The translations under genes and the position numbers were made by a program. Below the pieces are notes generated by a model, which searched no databases, had not been told where the DNA came from, and worked only from the letters and a program-made list of their open reading frames with translations. From IMG/VR virus record IMGVR_UViG_3300048578_000449, positions 1-59,419 of that record: a DNA stretch of 59,419 nucleotides; one strand, 5' to 3'. Within the stretch, counting starts at the first letter, position 1, and each line of letters opens with the position of its first letter. Below, piece after piece: positions 50,197 to 59,419 of the stretch. Source of the DNA: a virus (Duplodnaviria; Caudoviricetes).

Positions 50197-51708
50197 GTGG
50201 CCATCCTTCCCCCATCGCTCGACTACACGGACCGGGATTTCGATTCCCTTCGGTCGAGGCTCATCGAGCTCTTGAAGAGCGTCTTTCCGGAGTGGAGCGA
50301 TTTCGACGTGGCGAGCTTCGGCAACCTGATGCTCGAGATGTTCGCGTTCGTGGGGGACGTGCTCACGTTCTACCAAGACAACCTGGCGCGTGAGTCGAGG
50401 CTCGTGACGGCCACGCAGCGTCGCAATGTCATCGCGCTTGCGCGAATGCTGGGGTACCGACTCCGCGGGGCACGGGCTGCCACCGCCGAAGTGGAGTTGG
50501 TCCTTTCAGACATGCCGACCGCACCCGTTAGCATTCCTGCCGGCACGGTGGTCCGCACCGAAGAGGTCACCGAGCCCGTGCGCTTTCAGTTGCTGTCGTC
50601 GGTTATCATCCCGCCGGGTGTCTTGCCGCCTCAGGCGGTTGGGATAGCCGAGCACTCGGTGAGTCATCAGCAGTTTTTCGACGCGAAGGGGCGCGCCGAT
50701 TTCGAGATTTACCTCGACCACACGCCGTACCTGGATGACTCGGCAATCGTGTCGACGCCCCAGGGCGCCTTCACCCAAGTGCAGTCCTTTCTCGATTCCG
50801 GTCCCAACGACCGACACTTCCAGGTCACGGTCGACCAAAACGATCGCGCTCGCGTGAAGTTCGGAAACGGCGTCAGCGGCCTACAACCAAGCGGTACCGT
50901 CACCGTCGGATACAAGACCGGCGGAGGCCGAGAAGGCAACGTGGACGCGGGGCGCATTGTGGTGGTCGAGGGCGTCTTTGCGGACAGTTTTGGCCGTCCC
51001 GTGCAGGTTTCAGCACGCAACCGAAAGCCCGCCAGTGGCGGCACCGATCGGCAGTCGCTTGCGTCAGCCAAGCTGCTCGCGCCCGAAAGCCTCCGGGCAC
51101 TGACGCGCACGGTCTGCCGGGAGGATTTCGAAATCAACGCGCGTCGGCTACCGAGCGTCGCCCGCGCGCTGATGCTCACGTCCAATGAGGACAACAGCAT
51201 CGCAGAGAACGCCGGCATCTTGTACGTGATCCCACAAGGCGGTGGGCTTCCGACACCGGCCTTGAAGAATCTCGTACATCGACAGGTGACCGAGGTTTAT
51301 CCGTGCACGTTGACCTTTCAGGTGAGTGTTCAAGACCCGATCTACAAGGTCATCGACATCGCCGTGCGGGTGTTCTTTCGCCAAGGAGAGTCGCCCCAGG
51401 CGGTACGCGATCAGATCCGGAAGAATCTCGCGACCCACTTTCGCATCAGCGCGCCCGACGGGACTCCGAATCCGCTCGTCGACTTTGGCTTCAACGTCAA
51501 AGACGCAAGCGGCAACCCCGCGGGCGAAGTCACTTGGTCGGATGTGTTCAACGTGATCCGAGACACCCCGGGAGTGCGTAAGATTGGCGACTCGCGCCTC
51601 GATCTCACTCTCTGTGGACTGCCTGCCGACGTGAAGCTCGGACTTCGAGAATTCCCCTTCTTGGGCCAGATCACCATTCGCAACGGCGACAGCGGGGAGT
51701 TGGTCTAG
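50197..51708 (+). CDS. Baseplate J/gp47-like wedge protein
   Basis: [11 protein letters not shown]; [13 protein letters not shown]; KFGNGVSG..P; YKTGGG.EGNV; RTVCREDFE. Confidence 0.92.
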   Translation: MAILPPSLDYTDRDFDSLRSRLIELLKSVFPEWSDFDVASFGNLMLEMFAFVGDVLTFYQDNLARESRLVTATQRRNVIALARMLGYRLRGARAATAEVELVLSDMPTAPVSIPAGTVVRTEEVTEPVRFQLLSSVIIPPGVLPPQAVGIAEHSVSHQQFFDAKGRADFEIYLDHTPYLDDSAIVSTPQGAFTQVQSFLDSGPNDRHFQVTVDQNDRARVKFGNGVSGLQPSGTVTVGYKTGGGREGNVDAGRIVVVEGVFADSFGRPVQVSARNRKPASGGTDRQSLASAKLLAPESLRALTRTVCREDFEINARRLPSVARALMLTSNEDNSIAENAGILYVIPQGGGLPTPALKNLVHRQVTEVYPCTLTFQVSVQDPIYKVIDIAVRVFFRQGESPQAVRDQIRKNLATHFRISAPDGTPNPLVDFGFNVKDASGNPAGEVTWSDVFNVIRDTPGVRKIGDSRLDLTLCGLPADVKLGLREFPFLGQITIRNGDSGELV

Positions 51709-52256
51709 TGGCGCTACTCAATCCGAACTTCGCCGAAGAAGGCGCACGACCAGGACTCGCCGCGCATTGGGCGCTCGAGACGTCGACCGCGCTCGAGGAA
51801 ATCGCCGGCTTCGACGCTTCTCCCGAAACGGCCTGGGAGGGGTTCGAGCGCTGGCATGCGTTCATGGGAGACTTCGACACGCTTTCCAAGGTGCGAGCCT
51901 TCTTTGCACGGGCAACCGTCGGCTACGAGTCCTTCGATGGCGGGTGGAACAACGGCGTGTTCGTCGCAACGTTCAGCGAGGCCCAGCTCGAGCTCGCGAC
52001 CTTGAGCCCCACGGGCGCGGAAAGCTTCGACGCCGGTTGGTCGAACGGTGCATTCCTCAACGACTGGAGCGCGGTCGCGAGCATCCACGGCGCGTTCGAT
52101 GGGCAGCCCGTCGAGGACTTCGAGGACGGCTGGCGCGGCAACGAAGGTTACTTCCGCGACTGGTCCTCGGTGCACTCGAGCCCGGCCCGCTTCGACGGCA
52201 ACGCAGCCGAAACCGAAACCTTTGGCGGCGCGTGGACAGCCATCACTCACATCTAG
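51708..52256 (+). CDS. Hypothetical structural protein with about five E-x-F-[ED]-x-G-W repeats
   Basis: YESFDGGW, AESFDAGW, VEDFEDGW, TETFGGAW, WEGFERW. Confidence 0.6.
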   Translation: MALLNPNFAEEGARPGLAAHWALETSTALEEIAGFDASPETAWEGFERWHAFMGDFDTLSKVRAFFARATVGYESFDGGWNNGVFVATFSEAQLELATLSPTGAESFDAGWSNGAFLNDWSAVASIHGAFDGQPVEDFEDGWRGNEGYFRDWSSVHSSPARFDGNAAETETFGGAWTAITHI

Positions 52257-52265
52257 GAAGTCCCC

Positions 52266-52961
52266 ATGAGTGAAGCCGATTGGTCCTATCTCAACGACGG
52301 TCTCGATGTCGCCGCGGTCGATCGCGGAGTCACCGCGGGCGTGCCGCGCCCTCCGGGCGGCGGCAGTTTCGTATTCGGGTTCAACTCCCTCGCGGCCGTG
52401 ACCGGCGCGGTTGCGCTCTTCGCGAACCTCCCGAACTTCGCCCCCATGGGCAAAGGAGCCTCCATTCGTGGGTGCCTGCAGCGCGGTTCGGGAGGGGGCG
52501 CGACCGGGTTTTCACCCTTGCTATTCCTCAGCTGCCAAGGCACCTCCGTGAATGACAGCGCGTACCTTTTGGGGCTTTCCGACGATGACCCACACCGCGT
52601 CGTGCTGCGCAAAGGCGCCGTCGCCGCTGGCCTTCCCGACGAAGACGGCAGCGGCGTGCTGCTCAAGTCCGCGGCAAGCTTTGCCCAAAGCACGTGGCTT
52701 CACCTGCGGCTCGACGTCATCGTCAACACCAACGGCGATGTAGTGTTGCGGAGCTACTCGAGCGATCTGAATCTACACCCACTCGGCACGCTGCCGGATT
52801 GGCAACCCATCGCGGGCATGGCGGAGTTCATTGATGACCAGCTCGGTATCAATTCCGGTAGCCAACCCCTCACCTCGGGCCGCGGTGGATTCGGCTTTGC
52901 CGTCCGCGACGTCACGCGCCGGGCTTACTTCGACCATCTCGAACTGTACCGCCAGATCTGA
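52266..52961 (+). CDS. Hypothetical structural protein (beta-sandwich/lectin-like)
   Basis: WLHLRLDV...GRGGFG...YFDHL; AGGA RBS. Confidence 0.6.
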   Translation: MSEADWSYLNDGLDVAAVDRGVTAGVPRPPGGGSFVFGFNSLAAVTGAVALFANLPNFAPMGKGASIRGCLQRGSGGGATGFSPLLFLSCQGTSVNDSAYLLGLSDDDPHRVVLRKGAVAAGLPDEDGSGVLLKSAASFAQSTWLHLRLDVIVNTNGDVVLRSYSSDLNLHPLGTLPDWQPIAGMAEFIDDQLGINSGSQPLTSGRGGFGFAVRDVTRRAYFDHLELYRQI

Positions 52962-52964
52962 TCC

Positions 52965-53354
52965 ATGGCCCTTACGGCGTTCACGTCCCGATTGGGCATC
53001 AGCCAAGGTCGCATCCGGCAAGCCGATGACGTCGCCGACGGATATGCCTTCATCCTCGGAGACGCCGAACCCGGGCATTTCGCCGAGCTACAGCCGGGCG
53101 ACTACGTGCAGGTGTCGCAGAACACCGATCTGACGGACGTAGGGCTCGTGCGGGTGCGTTTTGCGCTGCGGGTGCCGAAGAGCACTCCACCGGGCTTTGC
53201 GTGGAACGCATGTCTCCTCATCGACCACGGGCGCGCCGCGGCCACCTCGGCTGCGCCGGGACGAGAGCGCGTGAGCTCGGAGCTTTGCGCCAATGTCTCG
53301 AAGCTCACCGGAATGCACGAAGTCAGCGTGCGGCTCGAACTCGTCCACCGGTAG
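52965..53354 (+). CDS. Hypothetical structural protein
   Basis: Tightly packed ORF in the baseplate/fibre operon. Confidence 0.55.
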   Translation: MALTAFTSRLGISQGRIRQADDVADGYAFILGDAEPGHFAELQPGDYVQVSQNTDLTDVGLVRVRFALRVPKSTPPGFAWNACLLIDHGRAAATSAAPGRERVSSELCANVSKLTGMHEVSVRLELVHR

Positions 53355-53360
53355 TCGCCC

Positions 53361-54695
53361 ATGCCAACGCTCGAGCTCCCCAGCCTCACGCTCTACGCCG
53401 TCGCCGCAGAGGCATCGACCGCACACCTGGTTCTCATCAACCGCAGCCCCGGTCCGGGGGAGGCGCAAGTACCGGTCGATTCGACCATCGAGCTTGAGTT
53501 GGTAGATCTCGGGACCGCGGGCGTCGCGCGTAGCCAGACGCGCGTGTTCGTCGGGGACGCGCTTGCCTTCGAAGGCGGTGGCGCGCCGGAGGTTCGTGCG
53601 GGCTTCGACGGACCGCGCGCGTCCGTTACCCAGGGTGCCGACCACCTGCGCATCGTGCTCGACCCAACCGTGCCGCTTGCGAGCCTCGCCATCGTATCGG
53701 TCCGCGTCGTGTCGGCCACAATGGACGGCCAGACGCTCGACGAGACCTATTCCTTCGAGATCGAGGACCGCATTGCGCCCCGGCTCGTCGCCGCGACCGC
53801 CACCAGCCCACGAACCGTTCGGATGGGATTCGACGAGGCCGTGCTCTTGCCGGAGGGCGCGAGCTTCGCGTTCCGCCCCCTGGGCGCCCCTGCCGTGCCC
53901 GTCGTGGCCGCCTCCGCGGCCTCAGACGACGCCGTGGTCACCCTGACCCTCGACACCGAGATGACCCCCGACGTCGCCTACGAGGCCGTCGCCATGGGCG
54001 TCACCGACCGCTTCGGCAACGCCGTCATGCCCCCGTTCGACCGCGCCGTCTTCGCCGGCTTTCGGCCCGCCATGCCGCCCACGCGCCGCTTTGACCTCTG
54101 GAGCATGCTCCCGAAGCACAACCGGCGCGATGACGTGACGGGCGATCTCAAGCGTTTCATTGCCTGCCTGCAGGAGATCGTCGATCTGCTTCTCGTCGAT
54201 GTCGATCGCTGGCCGGACATTTTTGACTTCGAGCGCGCCCCCGAAGCGTTCCTCGACTGCATCCTCGCCGATCTCGGCAATCCCTTTCCCTTCGAGCTAA
54301 ACACCCTCGGCCGGCGGCGGCTCGCCGCCATCCTCGTCGAGATGTATCGGCAGAAGGGCACTGCCAAGGGGATTCAGAACGCGGTGCGGTTCTTCCTCGG
54401 CATTGAAATCTCCGCCATCCTGCCCTTGAACGCCGACAGCCTGGTGCTCGGAGTCTCGCTGCTCGGCGTGGACTGGGTGCTCGCTCCATCCGATCGGTTT
54501 GCCCGCTACGCCTTCGACGTCGAGGTCGCTCGAGTGCTCACGGCAAGCGAGCGCTCGAAGCTCCGCGCCATCGTCGACTACCTCAGGCCGGCACACACCC
54601 ACTTCGTGAACCTCGTCGAGCCAACCGCCCTCGTGACGTCCGAGTTCTGGGACTTGGGCGTCAGCGAACTCGGGGTGACCACGCAATTGCACTAG
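53361..54695 (+). CDS. Baseplate wedge / tail protein I (P2 gpI-like) with N-terminal Ig-like domains
   Basis: LINRSPGPG (Big-like); APEAFLD.ILADLG; [10 protein letters not shown]; YLRPAHT. Confidence 0.82.
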   Translation: MPTLELPSLTLYAVAAEASTAHLVLINRSPGPGEAQVPVDSTIELELVDLGTAGVARSQTRVFVGDALAFEGGGAPEVRAGFDGPRASVTQGADHLRIVLDPTVPLASLAIVSVRVVSATMDGQTLDETYSFEIEDRIAPRLVAATATSPRTVRMGFDEAVLLPEGASFAFRPLGAPAVPVVAASAASDDAVVTLTLDTEMTPDVAYEAVAMGVTDRFGNAVMPPFDRAVFAGFRPAMPPTRRFDLWSMLPKHNRRDDVTGDLKRFIACLQEIVDLLLVDVDRWPDIFDFERAPEAFLDCILADLGNPFPFELNTLGRRRLAAILVEMYRQKGTAKGIQNAVRFFLGIEISAILPLNADSLVLGVSLLGVDWVLAPSDRFARYAFDVEVARVLTASERSKLRAIVDYLRPAHTHFVNLVEPTALVTSEFWDLGVSELGVTTQLH

Positions 54696-54698
54696 GGC

Positions 54699-54730
54699 GT
54701 CCCCTAACAGCGGGGCGCGAGGCCCTTTGC
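54699..54730 (+). promoter_or_regulatory. Class-1 promoter before the tail fibre/lysis genes
   Basis: GTCCCC-N21-TTTGC-N6-TGAG. Confidence 0.7.
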
Positions 54731-54768
54731 CACCTCTGAGCGTCTCACGTCGGCGCCGCAACAATCGC

Positions 54769-56673
54769 ATGGCCGCCCGCCTCGACTACTTCTTCCGACA
54801 ACGAGTCACCGAAGCCGAGCTCGATCTCGGCTTCGAGCTGCTCGAGCAAGCCGACCGAAACCTGGCCGCAGACATTGGTCTTCACGGCGTGGTGAGCGGA
54901 GCGGTGCCATCACCGCATTCCCCAGTTGCCGACTTGAGCATCGACTTGACCGCTCCGGGGCGCGCCTACGACCACCTCGGGCAACGGATCTTCTTCGGCA
55001 CCGGACAGACCGTGGACTGCTCAGTCGATCTATCGGGGATCCCAACGGAGGTTGGATCGGCCGGAAACGAACGCTGGATGGGCGTCTTTCTGCGCTTTCG
55101 ACGCTTGCTCTCGGATGTGCGCACCGACGGCAACTCCCAGCAGGTGTACTTTCGGCGAGACGAATCCTTTGACGTAGTGGTGCGCCAGGCTGCCCAAGGC
55201 CCGATCGGCTCGGCACAAAAGCCGGCACTGGTCGAAGATGAGCTCCTGGTGTGCGACGTGCTTCGGCGCGCAGGACAGACCCAAATCCTGGCGAGCGACA
55301 TCGACACCTCGCGACGCCAAGCCTTCATCTTCGCCCAGGCAAACTCCATTGCGCTAGAAATCGCGCGCTGGTCGGTGCTGCGCCCCGCAGCAGCAACCGC
55401 GCAGGCCGCACTCGACGAAACGGACGCGGAGCTTGCGGCCCACTTCTCGGGCGCCGGACGCCGACACCCGGGAACGGCCATCGACGTGGCGCCGCGTGGG
55501 TTCGTGACGTCGAACACCGTGCAGGCGGCACTTCACGAGCTTATCGACAAGCTCACCTCGACCGCGATGAACGACTCGGGCGCGAGCCGCATCGGCGTCG
55601 ATGGGCTCGTCGGTAACCCCAATCTCATCGCCGCCGGCACGCTTCGCTCGCAGCTGCTCGCGCTGCTCGATCTCATCAACGGTCACGTCGCCAATCCGAA
55701 CGGTGCCCACGACGCTCGCGCCATCTCGGCGCAGCCCTTCGATTACGTTTCCGCGACGAACGTCCAAGCGCAGCTGAGCGAAGTCGTCGCCGATTTAAGG
55801 TCAACCGCGCCCAATGACTGCGGTTCCGATCGGGTGGGTGTTCAGGCCGTGTCCGGCGCGTCGTTCTCCGTAGGACCGGCTTCGCTCACGGGGGCCTTCA
55901 TCGGACTCATCCTCGCACTCGAGCGGCACACGTTGTTTGGCGCCCCAGCACATCCCTCGCGGGCCATTCTGCTCGACGACAACGCCGATCGATACGCCGG
56001 GAACACCGTCGCGGACGCCCTCCAGGAAGCAGGCTCAGCATTCGAAGGAGACCACTTCCGCGCCAACGAACCGAACCCGGGACAACACCGCACCATTCAC
56101 CAACCCGTCCTCGGTGGCGGACGAGTCCTCATCTGGGAATCGGCGGGGCAGGACACGGCCCGATCGCACCTCCGGGTCTACCTGGACGAGGACGGCGTGT
56201 GGTTCGTGTTCAACGCCGCTTGGGATGGCTCGGGCTGGCAGAAGCAAAGCCTATCCATCCCTGCTGGCGGCATGCGGATTTGGGGCGCGGGCATCGAGAC
56301 CTTCCACGAGAACAGCTCGAACGCCTCATTTCTCGGCTGGACCAACACGCTTCGCGTCGCACTCGACAACCCAACCAGCAATTCGGGATTCGAGTCTCGA
56401 GGTGTGATCCGCGAAGTTGGCCGATGCGGCAGTCGCATCCGCAACGCCGAAGCGGGCCAACGCACCCTTGTCACCGGACATGGCGTGACCTTTCGAACTC
56501 GCTTCGCCTCCCCGCCGTCGTCGGTGACGCTCACGCCGCTCTACGTCTCACCCAACACGCCGACGGCCACCGCGGACGCCATCACCGTCGATGGCTTTGC
56601 GTTTTGGATGAGCGCCAACGTTGCCACCAACGCCACCGCGCTTTGGGTCGGCACCTACACCGCGATTGCATAA
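54769..56673 (+). CDS. Tail fibre / receptor-binding protein
   Basis: RLDYFFRQRVTEAEL baseplate-attachment N-terminus; three H-x-x-x-A-I...VQAAL-like repeats; C-terminal lectin-like domain. Confidence 0.7.
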   Translation: MAARLDYFFRQRVTEAELDLGFELLEQADRNLAADIGLHGVVSGAVPSPHSPVADLSIDLTAPGRAYDHLGQRIFFGTGQTVDCSVDLSGIPTEVGSAGNERWMGVFLRFRRLLSDVRTDGNSQQVYFRRDESFDVVVRQAAQGPIGSAQKPALVEDELLVCDVLRRAGQTQILASDIDTSRRQAFIFAQANSIALEIARWSVLRPAAATAQAALDETDAELAAHFSGAGRRHPGTAIDVAPRGFVTSNTVQAALHELIDKLTSTAMNDSGASRIGVDGLVGNPNLIAAGTLRSQLLALLDLINGHVANPNGAHDARAISAQPFDYVSATNVQAQLSEVVADLRSTAPNDCGSDRVGVQAVSGASFSVGPASLTGAFIGLILALERHTLFGAPAHPSRAILLDDNADRYAGNTVADALQEAGSAFEGDHFRANEPNPGQHRTIHQPVLGGGRVLIWESAGQDTARSHLRVYLDEDGVWFVFNAAWDGSGWQKQSLSIPAGGMRIWGAGIETFHENSSNASFLGWTNTLRVALDNPTSNSGFESRGVIREVGRCGSRIRNAEAGQRTLVTGHGVTFRTRFASPPSSVTLTPLYVSPNTPTATADAITVDGFAFWMSANVATNATALWVGTYTAIA

Positions 56674-56675
56674 CC

Positions 56676-57071
56676 ATGCCCATCACCAAACTCGACACGC
56701 ATTCGTTATCTGTCTTTTGCGCCAATTGTGGCGCCGAGCGTGCGCTCGACGCCAGCGAAGTCACCTTCGATGCCGGCGAAACGGGGCTTTGCGAAGCCCT
56801 GCGTTTGCCGCCCTGCCGCGCCTGCAGTTCCGTCGAGCTCCTGCTGCCCTCGAGCCCAGGCGCGCCCGAGCGACCCGACCAAGGCTGCTACGGCCACCTG
56901 CATCAGCTCCTCGTGAACGAGGTACGCAACCGGATGAAGCATGACTCGTCCGATTCGACCGCTTCAACGAATGCGGAACTCATGCGTTGGTTCCCGGACG
57001 GCCTCGTTCTCGCAGTCCCGAGTGACTTCTCGTCGCAATTGGCTCCTCCACCGAAGGTCCCCTCACCGTGA
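56676..57071 (+). CDS. Zn-binding hypothetical protein (possible fibre chaperone)
   Basis: CANCG and CRACS; follows the fibre gene. Confidence 0.55.
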   Translation: MPITKLDTHSLSVFCANCGAERALDASEVTFDAGETGLCEALRLPPCRACSSVELLLPSSPGAPERPDQGCYGHLHQLLVNEVRNRMKHDSSDSTASTNAELMRWFPDGLVLAVPSDFSSQLAPPPKVPSP

Positions 57072-57331
57072 ACGAACTCAATCAAGTAGCGTCCTGGCTC
57101 GAGGCCACGAGTCCCTACGGCATCGTCGCCGTGCTCGGCTGGGCCTTTTGGCGAATCAACGAAAAGAAAGACGCCGCGCTTCGTGAACTCTACGCCGAAG
57201 TCGCTGCGCTCAGTCGCGCCCAAACCGAGGCTGTGACGAAGGTCGAATCCGCCCTTCTCGCTCTGAAAGACGCCATCACCGAACTCAAACCCGAGGCCCA
57301 CGCAGGCCGTTACTCGAGACCGGACAACTAA
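57068..57331 (+). CDS. Putative holin (single TM helix and coiled coil)
   Basis: PYGIVAVLGWAFW TM segment; directly before the lysin. Confidence 0.55.
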   Translation: MNELNQVASWLEATSPYGIVAVLGWAFWRINEKKDAALRELYAEVAALSRAQTEAVTKVESALLALKDAITELKPEAHAGRYSRPDN

Positions 57332-57979
57332 TGGCAAAAGGCACTCCCCCGACCCGACAATACCCCAACGAGAAGGCGCTTCGGCGCACCGCTGTCAACA
57401 TTGCCCGCTTCGCCTGCGACGGAGACCACGGTCGCGTGCTTGGTGATCCGGTCTTTGACATGGTGACCGAGGGACGCGCTAAGTTCCGAAGGTACAGCGC
57501 CTGCGGCGACTTTTATGCGCTAACGGGCGTTATGCACTAAGACGCATAACGACTTGGCTCAGTACCTTTTGGCGCAGCTCGGCGTTGCCGACGAAAGTCT
57601 CGTCAATCGCGACAGCGACGGCGGGTGCGAGGCATGGCGCACGGGCAAGAATCTGTCCCGTATCGTGTACCAAAGCGGAAGCGCCTTCGTGTGGACGAAG
57701 CCTAATCTGCAACCAAAGCCCGGTGACATCTTGTACGTGGCGATGCCGGAACACGTGTGCGTGCTCGAACATCTCGACGAGCCTGCCCGAACCCTCTCCG
57801 TGTTTGAATACGGGCAATGGGATAGCAAGACGAACAAGCCCTCCGGAAAGCGCAGCGTGCTCAAGTTCGGCGTGAGCGCAAAGGAGCTCAAGGTGGGCCA
57901 GCGGGTGCTGCGTGGCTGGCTCGATATCGCACGAATTCCAGGGTTGTTGCACCCGCCTGGCGATGACCGAATTGCGTGA
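57331..57979 (+). pseudogene. Endolysin-like Cys/His amidase-peptidase (CHAP/NlpC-type) interrupted by a 43-bp insertion
   Basis: Removing 57513-57555 restores YSACGDLAQYLLAQLG and a 201-aa ORF containing PGDILYV..PEHVCV. Confidence 0.75.
57507..57555. mobile_element. Miniature insertion: 37-bp core with TTATGCG/CGCATAA terminal inverted repeats flanked by CGACTT direct repeats
   Basis: CGACTT-ttatgcgctaacgggcgttatgcactaagacgcataa-CGACTT. Confidence 0.8.
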
Positions 57980-57985
57980 ATTCGA

Positions 57986-58018
57986 CTTGATAGGTCGCGT
58001 CACAAAAGCATGTATGTG
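57986..58018 (+). promoter_or_regulatory. Class-2 promoter-like motif CTTGA-N15-AAGCATGTATGTG
   Basis: Near-duplicate of the 58463 copy, including AATTCGACTTGAT.GGTCGCG. Confidence 0.65.
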
Positions 58019-58060
58019 CATCGCAACACGGGACACCGTCCCGAATCCCGGAGACACACC

Positions 58061-58327
58061 ATGAAGGTTCAAGAGCTCATCGACATCCTCTCGGAGCAAG
58101 ACCCAGAAGCCGAAGTCTTGCTCATGACACAACGTCACTACCCTTTCGAAAACACGCTCTACGGGGTCACCTCCCGGGCGGAGCTTAATGGGAATGATGA
58201 AGAGGACGAAGAGGAGGACACGTCCCCGGGCGGCGACCATCGCCCAAAGGCGACGGATGTGTTCCTGGTTGAAGGCACGCAGCTCCGCTACGGCAACGCG
58301 GACGCTTGGGGGTGCGCCGTCCGCTAG
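58061..58327 (+). CDS. Small acidic hypothetical protein
   Basis: MKVQELIDILSEQDPEAEV; GGAG RBS. Confidence 0.7.
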   Translation: MKVQELIDILSEQDPEAEVLLMTQRHYPFENTLYGVTSRAELNGNDEEDEEEDTSPGGDHRPKATDVFLVEGTQLRYGNADAWGCAVR

Positions 58328-58462
58328 TCGAAGCTCTACATTGCCCCTGCCCACCGGAACGAATCCTCGTTTCCGGCTTGGGCTCGTGGTTGTGGGGAAA
58401 TCAACGTGCGAATCGGCACCTTTACTCACCCCTCGCATCGCGTTCGATACTGCACAATTCGA

Positions 58463-58495
58463 CTTGATGGGTCGCGAAGTCAGAGCCTGTATGTG
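58463..58495 (+). promoter_or_regulatory. Class-2 promoter-like motif CTTGA-N15-GAGCCTGTATGTG (probably leaderless ATG at 58500)
   Basis: Repeat of the 57986 and 21227 motifs. Confidence 0.65.
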
Positions 58496-58499
58496 ACGC

Positions 58500-58715
58500 A
58501 TGAAAAGCAAGCCGGTCATTAACACCACGCTCGAGTTGATCGCCAAACGCTGCCTCGGTGTGGACACGCTCGAAACGCGCAAGTCCGACGCGCTCGAGTT
58601 TCGCGAAAACGGGATCTGGCAAATCAGCGACGCCCTCGAAGCGGCGTTCGCCGCAGGCTTCGCGGCAGCGGGCGGCGGCTCAAACGCCTCGAAGGCGGCA
58701 AGGAGGTCCCGATGA
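58500..58715 (+). CDS. DUF6900-like small phage protein
   Basis: IAKRCLGVDTLETRKSDALEF.E..IW.I.DALEAAF.AG. Confidence 0.75.
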   Translation: MKSKPVINTTLELIAKRCLGVDTLETRKSDALEFRENGIWQISDALEAAFAAGFAAAGGGSNASKAARRSR

Positions 58716-59419
58716 GTGCGCTCACCCGCCAGGCCATCCATACCCTCGAGTCTCTACGCCTGCCGGCCCTTCAGGCCCGTTACCAAGAGGTCATTGGAAG
58801 CCCCACGCGTTGCCCCAATCGAGGCTTCCTGGTGCGCAAGATTGCCGAGGCGCTCGCGGTTAGGGATACCGAGCGCGATGCTCCTACCCCGCCTTCGCCA
58901 GAGCCAGCCGAGCCACCCGGCATTGCCCCATCAACCGACGATTCCGACACCATGGGGGCGATCGAGCAGCACACCGAAGCCGACTCGCCGAGCACACCGG
59001 AGCCAACCGCACCGGAGCCAACCGAAACCGACGCACCGAACGCGCCGGAGCCGAGCGCACTACCCAAGCCTCCACGCGGCCGCTTCCGCGGTATGACCGT
59101 CGAGGAGCTGCAGCACCGGCACGTCGAAATCGTTGGGCGCCCCAGCGGCTCGGAAAACAAGGGCTATCTCGTCTGGAAGATCCGGGAAGCGGAGAAGGGA
59201 CACGTGCCGCTTGGCAAGCTCAACGGTCGCGGAAGTCGCGGCGAGCCCGCATGTGTAAAGGTACTGCCGCTACGCCTCGAGTCCGCCACCATCGCGCGGC
59301 TCGACGAAACGTGGCGCAAACACGGCATCAAGAACCGCACGGCCTTCCTGCGGAGCGCCATCGAACACTACGCGGAATATCTCGACCATTCCGCACACGC
59401 TGCATCTGCCAGCGAATAG
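58712..59419 (+). CDS. Protein with two DUF2924-N-like helical repeats and a C-terminal ribbon-helix-helix
   Basis: LPALQARYQEVIG.PTRCPNRGFLVRKI and MTVEELQ.RH.EIVGRPS.SENK.YLVWKI; VKVLPLRL....IARLD..W...G..NRTAFLRSAI. Confidence 0.7.
   Translation: MSALTRQAIHTLESLRLPALQARYQEVIGSPTRCPNRGFLVRKIAEALAVRDTERDAPTPPSPEPAEPPGIAPSTDDSDTMGAIEQHTEADSPSTPEPTAPEPTETDAPNAPEPSALPKPPRGRFRGMTVEELQHRHVEIVGRPSGSENKGYLVWKIREAEKGHVPLGKLNGRGSRGEPACVKVLPLRLESATIARLDETWRKHGIKNRTAFLRSAIEHYAEYLDHSAHAASASE

Noticed and set aside
57057-57090. Lone GTCCCC hexamers (e.g. 7821, 20455, 57057) as class-1 promoters
   Set aside because: No TTTGC at the required spacing

Overview
GC-rich, near-complete temperate myovirus-type prophage; a Myxococcota/Polyangiaceae-like host is inferred from the Cys-rich lipoproteins and gene content. 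From left to right it carries: an integration module (large serine recombinase, DUF2924 protein, HTH partner); SSB, a sigma-like regulator and a Com-like Zn finger; accessory genes; a replication module (SF2 helicase, AEP-primase/helicase-like Rep, palindromic origin, PD-(D/E)XK nuclease, Holliday-junction resolvase, second sigma-like gene); packaging genes (terS, a motif array, a stand-alone tyrosine recombinase, terL); a PBSX-like head; a contractile tail/baseplate with several inserted morons; a lysis module; and small early-type genes. Main observations made by eye: (1) a bipartite motif GTCCCC-N21-TTTGC in 12 copies (9 with exact spacing) at module starts, often 11 nt before a start codon, plus two paralogous phage sigma-like proteins; (2) a DNA adenine methyltransferase fused to the XkdF-type prohead protease, whose missing strand is on the next (scaffold) ORF, suggesting a virion-packaged methylase; (3) the endolysin interrupted at its catalytic motif by a 43-bp mini-element with tyrosine-recombinase-type ends; (4) a GTCCAC array around a palindrome between terS and the tyrosine recombinase; (5) a second fixed-spacing promoter class; (6) a perfect 45-bp palindrome at the probable origin. 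All calls rest on motif recognition; no searches were run.
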